NCBI GenBank assembly: GCA_013214525.1
Contig: JABSSG010000024.1
Span: 44,754 to 108,753 of the forward strand
DNA: 64,000 bases
Source: Rickettsiales bacterium
GTDB lineage: Bacteria > Pseudomonadota > Alphaproteobacteria > Rickettsiales > JABSSG01
Direction of reading: 5' to 3'
In this document: piece after piece, positions 9,744 through 19,917 of the stretch
How positions within the stretch are numbered: position 1 is the stretch's first letter
Layout of the letters: every line of letters begins with the position of its first letter
Notes under the pieces: model-generated
The model's database searches: none
What the model saw: the letters and a program-made list of their open reading frames with translations, nothing else
Told to the model about the DNA's origin: nothing
Position numbers and translations under genes: made by a program

Positions 9744-10664
9744 TTATTGTTGCAACGGTATTGGTTTATTTTTTATATCATATGTAGAATCATCTGTAGA
9801 TTCGCTTTTTGATTGAGTAGAACTCTGTTGTTGTTGCTGATTAGAAGAATCTTTTTGCTTTGATTGCACCGAATCTTGTTGAGGCTGCGACAAGGTTTGC
9901 TGCTGCTTTGCATCTTGTTGCTCCTGATTAGCAGACTGAACTGAAGGTTGCTGCTGAGATTTAAGAGACGTTTGCATTTGAGTAGCATTTTGTAGTTCCT
10001 GCAATTTTTTATTAAGTTGCTCTTTACCTTTTTGTGTTGGAGCAGCAGGTGCTTTTTCCAGTTCTAAAGTTTTAGTTTGAGCATTAGGATTTTTAACTTG
10101 TTTAGCTTTTTCTGATAATTTTTGTATAGTTTCTGTTTTTTTAGTTAACATCTTCTTTTGTTGAATTGCAGAATATTCTTTTTTAGGGCTATCAGATAAT
10201 GGAGTATATCCTGTTTTATTCTTAGTGTTGGTGTTGGTTTTAGTATCAGTTTTAGAAGAAGCAGTTACTTTATTATCTGATTTTTGTGTTTTTTTAGATA
10301 AATCTTGAGTTTTAATTTCTCCATGCACAGATACAGGTTTCTTTTTTGGTCTAATATAGGTTTTTTTATTTGAAGTTCTTTTTTTCTTTTTAGAAATTTT
10401 TGATCTTTTTACAGTAGTTTTTCTCTTTGGTAAAGGTAATGGCTTAATTTCATTTTGTTCCTCCTCACTAACAAAATCATAAATATAATCATTTTTATTT
10501 TGTACAGCTTTTTGCTTATTACCCTTTCTACAATTTTTATAAGATACATAGGGAGAATTGCCAAAAGGAACCCTTCTTGAAGTATAAGGGTTACATGAAA
10601 CACACGTGAACAAAAATACAAAAACTATTATTACTCTAAATAAAGCCACGCTGTAATGAATCAT
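9744..10664 (-). CDS. Secreted or lipoprotein-like low-complexity protein (K-rich middle, Q/S-rich C-terminus)
   Basis: 306 aa. Hydrophobic signal peptide ending LFTCVSC (possible lipobox). Then lysine-rich segments (KRKTTVKRSKISKKKKRTSNKK) and a glutamine-rich tail (QQQPSVQSANQEQQDAKQQQ...NQQQQQSS). No recognisable domain. Confidence 0.6.
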   Translation of the reverse strand: MIHYSVALFRVIIVFVFLFTCVSCNPYTSRRVPFGNSPYVSYKNCRKGNKQKAVQNKNDYIYDFVSEEEQNEIKPLPLPKRKTTVKRSKISKKKKRTSNKKTYIRPKKKPVSVHGEIKTQDLSKKTQKSDNKVTASSKTDTKTNTNTKNKTGYTPLSDSPKKEYSAIQQKKMLTKKTETIQKLSEKAKQVKNPNAQTKTLELEKAPAAPTQKGKEQLNKKLQELQNATQMQTSLKSQQQPSVQSANQEQQDAKQQQTLSQPQQDSVQSKQKDSSNQQQQQSSTQSKSESTDDSTYDIKNKPIPLQQ

Positions 10665-10673
10665 TATATTAAT

Positions 10674-11834
10674 TTATCTCTTATTTAAAAATTTACCACG
10701 ATATTTGAGTTGTTGTATACAATTTTTAACTAAATTATAAAAAGAATTATTCCAATCTTTAAACATTTTTCTTGCATTACCTGCAAAACTTGGAAGCTTT
10801 TTAGAGTTATTTAGTAAATCCTGCAACTTTAATGCTAAATAATCCGGTGCGAAATTCTTTTCAAGAATAATAGTAGCAGCCTTCTTTTTCTCCAATTCCC
10901 TTGCATTAAAAAATTGATGGTTATCTGTAGCAAAAGTAAATGGCACAAGTATTGCAGGTCTACCAAGTGCAATCAACTCCGAAACTGTTAAAGCTCCAGA
11001 CCTTGAAATTATCAAATGAGATCTAGCAAATTTTTGTCCAATATCATCAAAAAAAGTTTTAACTTCTGCATGTATTTTATTTTGTTTATAAAAAACTTTC
11101 AAATTTTGAAAGTTTTCTGCCCTACATTGATGATACACATATATTCTATTCCTCAAACTTGGTTCAAGTAATAAAATTGCTTTGGGTATAACATCACTAA
11201 ATATTTTAGCTCCTTGACTACCACCTAAAACCAAAATATAGATCTTACCTCTGGCAGATAAAATTGGATATCTGTGTTTTCGAGCAGCTAGTATTTCTGA
11301 TCGCATTGGTGTTCCAGGATAAAAAATCTTCTTAGGACTCATATTATCAACTCCCTTTGTTTCTTTAAAGCATAAGGAAACTGCAACTGCTAAATTCAAA
11401 AAACATTTACTTGCCCTACCAACAATAGAATTAGGTTCATGTATTAGTATCGGAACTCTAAGCAAGACTGCTGCAACCATAGTAGGAAAAGATGGATAAC
11501 CTCCAAAACTTACTAAAATATCTGGTTTAAATTGAAACATTAAAATAGTAGCGTGTAATACCCCAAACAAAATCTTTAACGCTCCAAATAATTTTTTAAA
11601 AATATTGCCAGACAACGATGACGAAACTATTATTTTATATTTTAAATTTTTTGAAAATTGGCTTTTAAAATTCAAGAATCTTTTATCTGCTAAAATTAAG
11701 CATAAATTTTTATCTTGCTGCAACATTTCATCTAATGCTAACGCGGGAAAAATATGTCCACCTGTGCCACCAGTTGCCACAACCACTTTATATTGCTCTT
11801 TACTCTGAGTGTTCTTTTTATTTGTAGTACTCAT
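10674..11834 (-). CDS. murG: UDP-N-acetylglucosamine--N-acetylmuramyl-(pentapeptide) pyrophosphoryl-undecaprenol GlcNAc transferase
   Basis: 386 aa. GGTGGHIFPALAL near the N-terminus and the RSGALTVSEL C-domain motif. Confidence 0.92.
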   Translation of the reverse strand: MSTTNKKNTQSKEQYKVVVATGGTGGHIFPALALDEMLQQDKNLCLILADKRFLNFKSQFSKNLKYKIIVSSSLSGNIFKKLFGALKILFGVLHATILMFQFKPDILVSFGGYPSFPTMVAAVLLRVPILIHEPNSIVGRASKCFLNLAVAVSLCFKETKGVDNMSPKKIFYPGTPMRSEILAARKHRYPILSARGKIYILVLGGSQGAKIFSDVIPKAILLLEPSLRNRIYVYHQCRAENFQNLKVFYKQNKIHAEVKTFFDDIGQKFARSHLIISRSGALTVSELIALGRPAILVPFTFATDNHQFFNARELEKKKAATIILEKNFAPDYLALKLQDLLNNSKKLPSFAGNARKMFKDWNNSFYNLVKNCIQQLKYRGKFLNKR

Positions 11835-11870
11835 ATCAATTTTTTGATCAGCTTGTTTTTAGTATTTTGA

Positions 11871-12031
11871 TAATATTAACCATACGTAAAAAGTCCGAGA
11901 TTTTAAAAAAGAAAATGTAAATAATATCAAGCTCCTGCCTTCGCAGGGACAAGCTTAAGACATTTTTTAGCGAAGATAATAGTTTCATTTTCTTTTTTAA
12001 AATCTCGGACTTTTTACGTATGATTAGTATA
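11871..12031. repeat. RPE/MITE-like palindromic element, copy A (161 bp)
   Basis: Perfect 37-bp inverted arms: CATACGTAAAAAGTCCGAGATTTTAAAAAAGAAAATG at 11881-11917 is the reverse complement of 11986-12022. Right terminus is ATGATTAGTATA. The centre carries a GC hairpin (CCTGC-CTTC-GCAGG) and the shared module AGACATTTTTTAGCGAAGATA. Confidence 0.9.
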
Positions 12032-12064
12032 TATATTTAATATAACATAAAAATCTTAGATAAC

Positions 12065-12343
12065 ATGAGCCATTTAATTTTAGAACCATTAGAAAAAGCA
12101 ATTACGCAACTAGAGATTGGCATGGCTCTTAAAGAGCAGTCATCAGATAATGAATTACTTCGTGATGGTGTTATTCAAAGATTTGAATATACTATAGATT
12201 TGGCATGGAAATTATTAGCATATTTACGTGATGCTTTTAGTGAATCCAATTTACCATATAAAGTAGATATAGTAGATTGGAACACCCTCTCTGATGATTT
12301 TAAAAAAATTGTGCAACAGGATAAAATCTTGCTCCACTATTAA
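12065..12343 (+). pseudogene. Chimeric remnant of a HEPN/MNT (HI0073/HI0074-type) toxin-antitoxin pair
   Basis: 92-aa ORF. Residues 1-55 (LEKAITQLE...LLRDGVIQRFEYTIDLAWKLL) match the N-terminus of HI0074-family nucleotidyltransferase substrate-binding (HEPN) proteins. The last ~30 aa (LPYKVDIVDWNTLSDDFKKIV) look like the C-terminus of a minimal nucleotidyltransferase. Both parts are far too short to be functional. Confidence 0.6.
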
Positions 12344-12348
12344 GAGTA

Positions 12349-12512
12349 TATACTAATCGTACTTGAAAAATCCTAGTTTTAAAGACAGAAAATGGAATTA
12401 ATATCAAGTTTAAAAATTCGCAAATATCGTTGATATTTAAGACATTTTTAAATGAAGATAGTAGTTTCATTTTCAAACTTTAAAACCGGAGGCTTCAGGT
12501 ATGATTAGTATA
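12349..12512. repeat. RPE/MITE-like palindromic element, copy B (164 bp)
   Basis: Termini are TATACTAATCGTACTTGAAAAA and CTTCAGGTATGATTAGTATA. The interior is near-identical to copies F and J (AATGGAATTAATATCAAGTTTAAAAATTCGCAAATATC.TTGATATTTAAGACATTTTTAAATGAAGATAGTAGTTTCATTTTCAAAC). Confidence 0.9.
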
Positions 12513-12518
12513 CATACA

Positions 12519-13613
12519 TCATTTTTTAGTAAGAGAAAGCATTATGCCCATAGCAATTGCTGTCGCAAGTATTGAAGATCCTCCATAACTTATAAACGGA
12601 AGAGTCATTCCTTTAGTTGGGAATAGATTCAATGTCATGCCCATGTTAAAAACTGCTTGCATACCAATTTGTATTAAAATGCCTGAAATCGCAATTATTT
12701 TAAACTTATTACTGCTATGCAAGATAAGATATAAACCACGCGTAATCAAAAGAGCAAACATTATTATTAAAAAACAACAGGCAATAAAACCCATTTCTTC
12801 ACCCATTACTGCAAATATAAAATCAGCATGCGAATCAGGCACATATTTTTTTATAGCACCATCACCTGACCCCACACCATAAAGGCCTCCTTTTTTAAAA
12901 GCTTCCATTGCCTTCTTTATCTGGTAATTACCAAAATTTTGTGGATCCAGAAATAAATCTATCCTTGTTCTTACATGAGGCAAAAAAACATACGCTAAAG
13001 AAATACCAATTATACCAATTATACCCATCACAAGAATCCATAAAATAGATAACCCACCTATAAATAATTCTCCCACCCAAATTACAGAAAACATTATTGC
13101 CATTCCAAAATCAGGTTGCAAAATTAAAAGTAATACTGTCAGCACATAAAAAAATCCTGAAATTATAAAAACAGGAAAATCAGGATGCTTATATCTAATA
13201 GATATAATCCAAGCTATAAAAACAATAAAAAATGTTTTAGCAAGCTCAGAAGGTTGAATTGAAAACATTCCCAAACTTAACCAACGTCTTGCCCCTTTTA
13301 TTTCATGTCCTTTAACTAATACTAAAACAAGAAGAATTAACGATAAAAAAAAGCCAATTATAGCAAATCTTTTCAAACATTGCTCTGTCATCAAAGTTAT
13401 TGAATACATCAATACAAATGCAACTGATAAATATAGCACATGTTTTTTTATAAAATAAAATGAATCTAATTTTAGTTTCAAAGCGATAGCTGGACTTGCA
13501 GTAACTACCATTATCAAACCTAAAAAAAAAGTTATAGCTATAATAACAACTAAAAACCTATCTAGTGATAATAAAGGAGAGATAAATATTGATTTTAAAC
13601 TATCTTTTATCAT
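12519..13613 (-). CDS. ftsW: Peptidoglycan glycosyltransferase / lipid II flippase FtsW (SEDS family)
   Basis: 364 aa, polytopic. SEDS motifs RRWLSLGMFSIQPSELAK, QPDFGMA, HADFIFAVMGEEMGF and TKGMTLPFISYGGSS. Confidence 0.9.
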   Translation of the reverse strand: MIKDSLKSIFISPLLSLDRFLVVIIAITFFLGLIMVVTASPAIALKLKLDSFYFIKKHVLYLSVAFVLMYSITLMTEQCLKRFAIIGFFLSLILLVLVLVKGHEIKGARRWLSLGMFSIQPSELAKTFFIVFIAWIISIRYKHPDFPVFIISGFFYVLTVLLLILQPDFGMAIMFSVIWVGELFIGGLSILWILVMGIIGIIGISLAYVFLPHVRTRIDLFLDPQNFGNYQIKKAMEAFKKGGLYGVGSGDGAIKKYVPDSHADFIFAVMGEEMGFIACCFLIIMFALLITRGLYLILHSSNKFKIIAISGILIQIGMQAVFNMGMTLNLFPTKGMTLPFISYGGSSILATAIAMGIMLSLTKK

Positions 13614-13633
13614 AAAAAAATCATGATTTGAAT

Positions 13634-13674
13634 CTATGTACTTGAAGATACAATTTTTAAATGTGATGAGTATA
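13634..13674. repeat. Minimal (termini-only) copy of the palindromic element family
   Basis: CTATGTACTTGAAGA...AATGTGATGAGTATA fills the 63-bp ftsW/kinase spacer. The ends resemble the type-2 termini seen at 20161-20177 and 31293-31312. Confidence 0.5.
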
Positions 13675-13676
13675 AA

Positions 13677-15518
13677 TTAGCTTGTGTAATTATCAATAAG
13701 GTTAGCCATTTTATTAATTTCTTTTCGAACAAAATATCCATTATATGGTTTTGAAACAAACCCTACTTTACCTAAAGCAAAAAGCTTATTCAGTTCCTCA
13801 TTATTCACAACTCCACTCTGTGCTATTATTGCAATATCATTATATTTTTTATCAGCCCTAATTTCACTAATTACACTTACTCCTGAAATTGGCATCATTA
13901 TATCTACAAAAATCATATCTATATCTCTATAGTTACTTTTTAAATATTTAAAGAACTCATCTACTTTGGTAAATGTTTCCACTTTATGACCTAACTTAGT
14001 AAGTAATATACTTGCAGATGCACAACATAATTCTTCATCATCTATAAACAATATATTACAAGAGCGTATTGTTTCCATATTCTGTTGGCATCCAGAAACT
14101 TCCTCTTGAATACCAAAAGGAATAAAAAAATAAAAAGTACTACCACGAGAATTTTGGTTATTTTCCACCCATATTTTTCCATCATGCCTATCTATAATTT
14201 TTTTAGCTAAAGCCAACCCTAAACCTAATCCCTTTTTGACTGACTCACCATCCGTTTTATCTCCTCTTACAAACAGTTCAAATATTGAATTTAAATCTTT
14301 TTCCTCAATTCCTTTTCCTTGATCTTTTGTAGCCACACATAGACCATTAACTTTTTTATTTTGTGCATTCTCCAAAGTATAACTATAAATATCTACTGTA
14401 ATTGTACTATTTTCTGGACTAAATTTTATAGCATTCATACAAACATTTGAAAAAACTTGCTCAATACGATATTTATCACAAACAATTTGATATCCTTCAA
14501 TATCTCCTAGTTTCTGATCCGACAAAGAAACAGTTATATTCTTCTTATGTGCAAGAATTGCTATATCCTGAATCATATTTTTTATCAACTCTAGAAGATT
14601 AACCCTTCTCATATCAAATTCTGAATCTCTAGAGATAGATGATACATCTATCCAATCATTGACCAAATAAGCTAATTTCTGAGTGTTTTCAGCAATATGT
14701 TTTAGTGAATCTGATATCTTCTTCTTAGAATATTGATTGTATTGATCCAATAAGTCATTAGCCAAAATATCAACCACATGCACAGGTCCCTTAATTTCAT
14801 GACTTACAAAATTTAAAAATCGTTCTTTAACAGCCAAAGATTTTTCTAATTCTTGTGTTTTCTTAGAAACTCTCCTGCGTAAAACTTCACCAATGCCAAA
14901 ATGGAATTGATCTTTACTTCCCGCAAAGATCACACAAAATAGAATGATCATGGAATACAAGTAAATGGCAATATTAATATTTTGTGAATCTACTTGAAAT
15001 TCTATAAAACCATACTGTAAAATAAATATTAAGTATCCAAAACATGTACCAATAAACATACATATTAAAAACATCAACCAATCTATTACCAAGAGAGTAA
15101 TTAATAACCCTATCGCAGTATTTATAATCCATTCCAACGAGAAATTGTTCTTTATTAACAAATATCCTATGTGCATTGGTATAGATACAGTAACAGCTAC
15201 ATACCAATAAAGAGATAGATATTTTTTTAACTTCTCTGGCCAATAATCCCTAAAAAACAGTATCACACACAATATTGTAGCTAGCACTCTAAAAAAAAAG
15301 CTTTCTAAATCAGGTACACCTTGAATATAAACACGTATAAAATACGCTAACGGATAATTAATGATGCCAAAAATAGCAAATATATGATAAGGTGCACCAA
15401 AATTTGCAACTCTTTCATCACAAAATTTTAATATCTTTTTTAAATTACAATATTTAAGTAATTTTTTTAAATTACTATAACGTTGCAATACGTGAATTAA
15501 TCCTACCCTCTTAAGCAT
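13677..15518 (-). CDS. Hybrid sensor histidine kinase (multi-TM sensor, HisKA, HATPase_c, C-terminal receiver)
   Basis: 613 aa. N-terminal ~200 aa polytopic. H-box FVSHEIKGPVHVV, N-box NVCMNAIKFS, G1 DQGKGIE, G2 GLGLGLALAKKII. Receiver has ILFIDDEE, the IFVDIMMP acceptor Asp and VSKPY. Confidence 0.9.
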   Translation of the reverse strand: MLKRVGLIHVLQRYSNLKKLLKYCNLKKILKFCDERVANFGAPYHIFAIFGIINYPLAYFIRVYIQGVPDLESFFFRVLATILCVILFFRDYWPEKLKKYLSLYWYVAVTVSIPMHIGYLLIKNNFSLEWIINTAIGLLITLLVIDWLMFLICMFIGTCFGYLIFILQYGFIEFQVDSQNINIAIYLYSMIILFCVIFAGSKDQFHFGIGEVLRRRVSKKTQELEKSLAVKERFLNFVSHEIKGPVHVVDILANDLLDQYNQYSKKKISDSLKHIAENTQKLAYLVNDWIDVSSISRDSEFDMRRVNLLELIKNMIQDIAILAHKKNITVSLSDQKLGDIEGYQIVCDKYRIEQVFSNVCMNAIKFSPENSTITVDIYSYTLENAQNKKVNGLCVATKDQGKGIEEKDLNSIFELFVRGDKTDGESVKKGLGLGLALAKKIIDRHDGKIWVENNQNSRGSTFYFFIPFGIQEEVSGCQQNMETIRSCNILFIDDEELCCASASILLTKLGHKVETFTKVDEFFKYLKSNYRDIDMIFVDIMMPISGVSVISEIRADKKYNDIAIIAQSGVVNNEELNKLFALGKVGFVSKPYNGYFVRKEINKMANLIDNYTS

Positions 15519-15522
15519 TAAC

Positions 15523-16509
15523 TTAATATTTTTGTATTAAATAAGTTATCATTGTATTATTATCATCAGTAAATTTTCTTACTAACTTTAAATGATTCTT
15601 TTGCAAAATACCATCTACAAATTCCCTTCTGAATTTCCTTGACACTGCTACATGATATTTTTGATTCTTGGATATCATAATTCTTTCATTAAGAAAATAA
15701 AAACTTTGTTCTTCCTTAGCAACAAGATTAACATATACAGCACAACTCTTCGCACTCCACTCATAAGAATACTTAAACTGTTCTGGATCAAAATCATTTA
15801 CATGAAAAATATCCTTGAAATAACGCATTATGGATAAAGCAAGTTGCTTAACATAAGAATTATCATATGCATTTTTTATGCTTAATAAATCCTTATTACA
15901 ATCCACTGTAAATATACAATACTCACCTTTCTCTAAAAAATTAGCAAATGAAGAAAAGATTTTATTAATCTCAATATTGGTAAAATTACCTAATGTCCCA
16001 CCTAAAAATAACAGACAAGTTTTACCATCACAATACCTCTGCAATTGTGTTGCACAATCTACTTTATAAGAAAAACTATCAACATTTCTCATATGATCTT
16101 CTATAAATTCAGATGCTTTTATTGCATATTCTAAATTTGTGTCTAATGCAGTATAGGAAGCAAGATTTTGTAAAGACTTCAATAATGGTAAAACTTTTGT
16201 TCTCAATATATATTCAGGACCTGGACCTATTTCAACTATATTACAATTTTCACCTAAAATTTTTGCAATTTCGTGACTGTTTTTTACTAAAATTTCAGTT
16301 TCTGTCCTAGTCAAATAATAACCTGTTTCTTCTTGTACTAATCTTTCATAATAATCAGTATCTGAACAATATATATATTTTGTAAGATGACCAGAACGTT
16401 TTCCTAAAAATAAATCTTTATAATCTTTTATAGCCTCATATGGTATAATTTTTTTTGTTGATGCTAACGATACTGGCTGAATTTGTGCTACGTTTGCGTG
16501 CTGCTTCAT
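15523..16509 (-). CDS. EgtD-like SAM-dependent methyltransferase (histidine-specific methyltransferase family, Methyltransf_33)
   Basis: 328 aa. GYYLTRTETEIL, IVEIGPGPE, YTALDTN, LFLGGTLGNF, TVDCNKD..IKNAYDN and SRKF...LV.KFTD follow the EgtD motif order. The stop lies 4 nt before the hybrid kinase start. Confidence 0.75.
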   Translation of the reverse strand: MKQHANVAQIQPVSLASTKKIIPYEAIKDYKDLFLGKRSGHLTKYIYCSDTDYYERLVQEETGYYLTRTETEILVKNSHEIAKILGENCNIVEIGPGPEYILRTKVLPLLKSLQNLASYTALDTNLEYAIKASEFIEDHMRNVDSFSYKVDCATQLQRYCDGKTCLLFLGGTLGNFTNIEINKIFSSFANFLEKGEYCIFTVDCNKDLLSIKNAYDNSYVKQLALSIMRYFKDIFHVNDFDPEQFKYSYEWSAKSCAVYVNLVAKEEQSFYFLNERIMISKNQKYHVAVSRKFRREFVDGILQKNHLKLVRKFTDDNNTMITYLIQKY

Positions 16510-16541
16510 AACATTTCTACTGTTAAATAAAAACTGGAGTT

Positions 16542-16629
16542 TTCAAGCATAATTAGTATTTACTCCTTGTGCTTGAACTTTCCTATTTTCTACCTTAAAA
16601 TTTTGTAATCTTCAAATACGAGAAGTATA
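16542..16629. repeat. Degenerate termini of the palindromic element family (solo right end plus ~73-bp mini copy)
   Basis: TTCAAGCATAATTAGTAT (right-end-like) abuts TATTACTCCTTGTGCTTGAAC...TTCAAATACGAGAAGTATA. The match to the family termini is imperfect. Confidence 0.45.
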
Positions 16630-16714
16630 TTAATACAATTTCGTTAACTTACTAGAGTATTTTCACCTACTTACAAAAAACTTAACTCACGTTAAGTACT
16701 ATGACAGATTAAAA

Positions 16715-17869
16715 TTAATCGAAAAGGTTTTTAACTTTTTTGAAAAAACTTTCACATTTAGGACTAGAATGATTATTTGCAGCATCTTTGTCAAATTCTT
16801 GAAGTAATTCAATTTGTTTTTTTGTCAAGTTAACAGGTGTTTCAACCTGAATATGTACATATAAATTACCTCGCGCTGTTGATCTTAATCTACGCATCCC
16901 CTTTTCTTTGATTCTAAATTTATCATTAGATTGCGTACCAGCTGGAATAGTTAATTTTAGTTTTTTTCCATCAATAGATGGTACTTCAATCTCTCCTCCT
17001 AAAGCTGCTGTAACCATCTTTATGGGCACTTCACAATGCAAGCTATCTCCTTCCCTTGTGAATATAGAGTGATGTGATATAGAAATAAAAACATATAAAT
17101 CACCATTCTGACCTCCCCTATAGCCAGGTTCCCCTTCACCTGTAAGTCTTAATCTTGTTCCATCTTCAACTCCTTGCGGTATATTAACTGAAAGTGTTCT
17201 TTCCTTACGAACACTACCACTACCTAGACAGGCCTTACAAGGATCTTTTATAATTTGTCCTTCACCCTTGCAAGTATGACAAGTTCTCTCCATTGAAAAA
17301 AAACCCTGCTGAGCTCTAATATAACCAGCTCCTTTACAAGTATTACAACTAATTAGGTCAGAAGTTTCACTACCACTACCATTACATGTGTCACATTTCA
17401 CAGAAGCTGTAAAATTAATATCAGATGCCTTGCCAGAAAAAGCTTCCTCCAGAGAAATTGTCATATTATAACGAAGATCTGCTCCTCTAATAACTTTTCG
17501 AGAAGTTTTTCTTTTTCTTCCATGACCTAAATCACCAAAAAACTCGCTAAAGATATCAGAAAAAGCACCTCCACCAAATTCAAAGCCTTCAAAACCCTGT
17601 TTTCCTCCAAAAGGCCCTCCGCCGCCAGCACCTGCTCCTCCTTGGAAAGCATTATGACCAAGTTGATCATAGGCAGCTCGCTTTTGATCATCATTTAAAA
17701 TTCCATAAGCTTCGCTTATATCTTTAAACTTTTGTTCAGCACTTTTATCATCAGGATTTTTATCTGGATGATACTTCAATGCTAATTTTCTATAAGCCTT
17801 TTTGAGCTCATCTTTACTAGCATTTTTATTTACCCCTAGAATCTCATAATAATCGCGTTTGGAAGACAT
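16715..17869 (-). CDS. dnaJ: Molecular chaperone DnaJ
   Basis: 384 aa. J-domain with HPDKN, a G/F-rich region and four CxxCxGxG zinc-finger repeats. Confidence 0.95.
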   Translation of the reverse strand: MSSKRDYYEILGVNKNASKDELKKAYRKLALKYHPDKNPDDKSAEQKFKDISEAYGILNDDQKRAAYDQLGHNAFQGGAGAGGGGPFGGKQGFEGFEFGGGAFSDIFSEFFGDLGHGRKRKTSRKVIRGADLRYNMTISLEEAFSGKASDINFTASVKCDTCNGSGSETSDLISCNTCKGAGYIRAQQGFFSMERTCHTCKGEGQIIKDPCKACLGSGSVRKERTLSVNIPQGVEDGTRLRLTGEGEPGYRGGQNGDLYVFISISHHSIFTREGDSLHCEVPIKMVTAALGGEIEVPSIDGKKLKLTIPAGTQSNDKFRIKEKGMRRLRSTARGNLYVHIQVETPVNLTKKQIELLQEFDKDAANNHSSPKCESFFKKVKNLFD

Positions 17870-17894
17870 TTATCTTAAATTTAATTATAACCCT

Positions 17895-17930
17895 ATAAAA
17901 CAATATGCCCCTGCTCTTACAGAGGCATAT
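17895..17930 (-). terminator. Candidate intrinsic attenuator/terminator hairpin between dnaK and dnaJ
   Basis: Arms ATATGCCCCTG (17903-17913) and CAGAGGCATAT (17920-17930) pair at 10 of 11 positions around a 6-nt loop. On the coding (minus) strand the hairpin is followed by TGTTTTAT. Confidence 0.45.
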
Positions 17931-17966
17931 AAAATTTTGTAAATCATAATTTCATACAAATATGAT

Positions 17967-19895
17967 TTACTTCTTTTTCTCACTTTCATCAACTTCTTTG
18001 AAATCTGCATCAACAACTTTTTCTTCTTTTTTATCGTTGCCAGACTCCTTAGATTGCTCCTCTTGAGTTCCAGCAGAGCTATCTTGTTGTTTTTGTTGAT
18101 TCATATATTCTCCAATCTTCATAGAAGATTGCATCAAAGCTTGTGTTTTAGTTTTTATATCTTCAGCATCTTCTTTAGTTAAAGCTTCTTTTAAAGATTT
18201 AATGTCTGATTCAATTTGGCTTTTTATATCTGCAGAGATTTTATCTTTAAGTTCGATTAGACTTTTCTCTGTAGAATGAATCAATCCCTCAGCATGGTTT
18301 TTAGCATCAACAAGTTCTTTTTTCTTTTTATCTTGTTCAACATTTGCTTCAGCATCTTTTACCATTTTATCTATCTCGTCATCACTTAAACCACCAGAAG
18401 CTTGAATAGTTATTTTCTGTTCTTTTCCAGTAGCTTTATCTTTAGCAGATACATGTAAAATACCATTTGCATCAACATCAAATGTTACCTCAATTTGAGG
18501 CATTCCTCTAGGTGCAGGAGCAATCCCTTCTAAATTAAACTGTCCTAATAATTTATTATCTGCAGCCATTTCACGCTCTCCTTGAAATACACGAATAGTA
18601 ACAGCGTGTTGATTATCTTCTGCAGTAGAAAATACTTGGCTCTTCTTAGTAGGAATAGTAGTGTTCTTATCAATTAAACGAGTAAATACACCTCCTAAAG
18701 TTTCTATACCAATTGATAAAGGAGTTACATCAAGCAATAGCACATCTTTCACATCACCCTGAAGAACTCCGCCTTGAATTGCAGCACCAACCGCTACTAC
18801 TTCATCAGGGTTCACTCCTCTATGAGGATCTTTACCAAAGAAGTCTTTTACTTTTTCAATAATTTTAGGCATTCTTGTCATACCACCCACTAAGATCACT
18901 TCTGAAATCTCACTTGCCTTAATGCCTGCATCCTTTAATGCACGCTTACAAGGTGCAATTGTTTTTTCTACCAAATCACTCACTAAACTTTCAAATTTTG
19001 CTCTTGTAAGCTTTACGTGAAGATGTTTAGGGCCAGAAGCATCAGCTGTAATATATGGCAAATTTATTTCAGTCTCTTTTGAACTAGACAATTCAATTTT
19101 TGCTTTTTCTGCTGCTTCCTTAAGACGTTGCAAAGATAAAGGGTCTTTAGATAAATCTATACCATGCTCTTTTTTAAATTCATCTTTAATATACTCAAGC
19201 AACTTATAGTCAAAATCTTCTCCCCCTAGGAAAGTATCACCATTTGTTGATTTTACTTCAAAGACTCCATCACCTATTTCTAAAATAGAAACATCAAAAG
19301 TACCACCACCTAGATCATATACAGCAATAGTCTTGTTACCTGTTTTCTTATCTAAACCATATGCAAGTGCTGCAGCAGTTGGTTCATTAATAATTCTAAG
19401 AACCTCAAGACCTGCTATTTTACCTGCATCTTTAGTTGCTTGTCTTTGTGCATCGTTAAAATAAGCAGGAACAGTAATAACTGCTTTAGTAACTTTCTCA
19501 CCAAGAAAACTTTCTGCTGTTTCTTTCATTTTTTGTAATGTAAAAGCACTGATTTGGCTTGGAGAATATTTTTTTCCTCTTGCTTCTACCCATGCATCAC
19601 CATTACTATTCTTTACAATAGCATATGGAACTAAATCTTTATCTTTTTTAGTAATTGGATCATCATATGGTCTGCCAATCAAACGTTTAATTGCAAACAA
19701 AGTATTTTTAGGATTTGTTACCGCTTGTCTTTTTGCAGGATCTCCTACTAACATCTCACCAGACTCTGTAAATGCTACTATTGACGGAGTGGTCCTTCTG
19801 CCTTCAGAATTTTCAATTACACGTGCATCTTTACCCTCCATAATAGAAACACAAGAGTTTGTAGTTCCTAAATCTATTCCAATTACTTTACTCAT
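17967..19895 (-). CDS. dnaK: Molecular chaperone DnaK (Hsp70)
   Basis: 642 aa. [18 protein letters not shown] and [11 protein letters not shown]; full-length Hsp70. Confidence 0.97.
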   Translation of the reverse strand: MSKVIGIDLGTTNSCVSIMEGKDARVIENSEGRRTTPSIVAFTESGEMLVGDPAKRQAVTNPKNTLFAIKRLIGRPYDDPITKKDKDLVPYAIVKNSNGDAWVEARGKKYSPSQISAFTLQKMKETAESFLGEKVTKAVITVPAYFNDAQRQATKDAGKIAGLEVLRIINEPTAAALAYGLDKKTGNKTIAVYDLGGGTFDVSILEIGDGVFEVKSTNGDTFLGGEDFDYKLLEYIKDEFKKEHGIDLSKDPLSLQRLKEAAEKAKIELSSSKETEINLPYITADASGPKHLHVKLTRAKFESLVSDLVEKTIAPCKRALKDAGIKASEISEVILVGGMTRMPKIIEKVKDFFGKDPHRGVNPDEVVAVGAAIQGGVLQGDVKDVLLLDVTPLSIGIETLGGVFTRLIDKNTTIPTKKSQVFSTAEDNQHAVTIRVFQGEREMAADNKLLGQFNLEGIAPAPRGMPQIEVTFDVDANGILHVSAKDKATGKEQKITIQASGGLSDDEIDKMVKDAEANVEQDKKKKELVDAKNHAEGLIHSTEKSLIELKDKISADIKSQIESDIKSLKEALTKEDAEDIKTKTQALMQSSMKIGEYMNQQKQQDSSAGTQEEQSKESGNDKKEEKVVDADFKEVDESEKKK

Positions 19896-19917
19896 AATAA
19901 TTTATCTTATTAATTAA

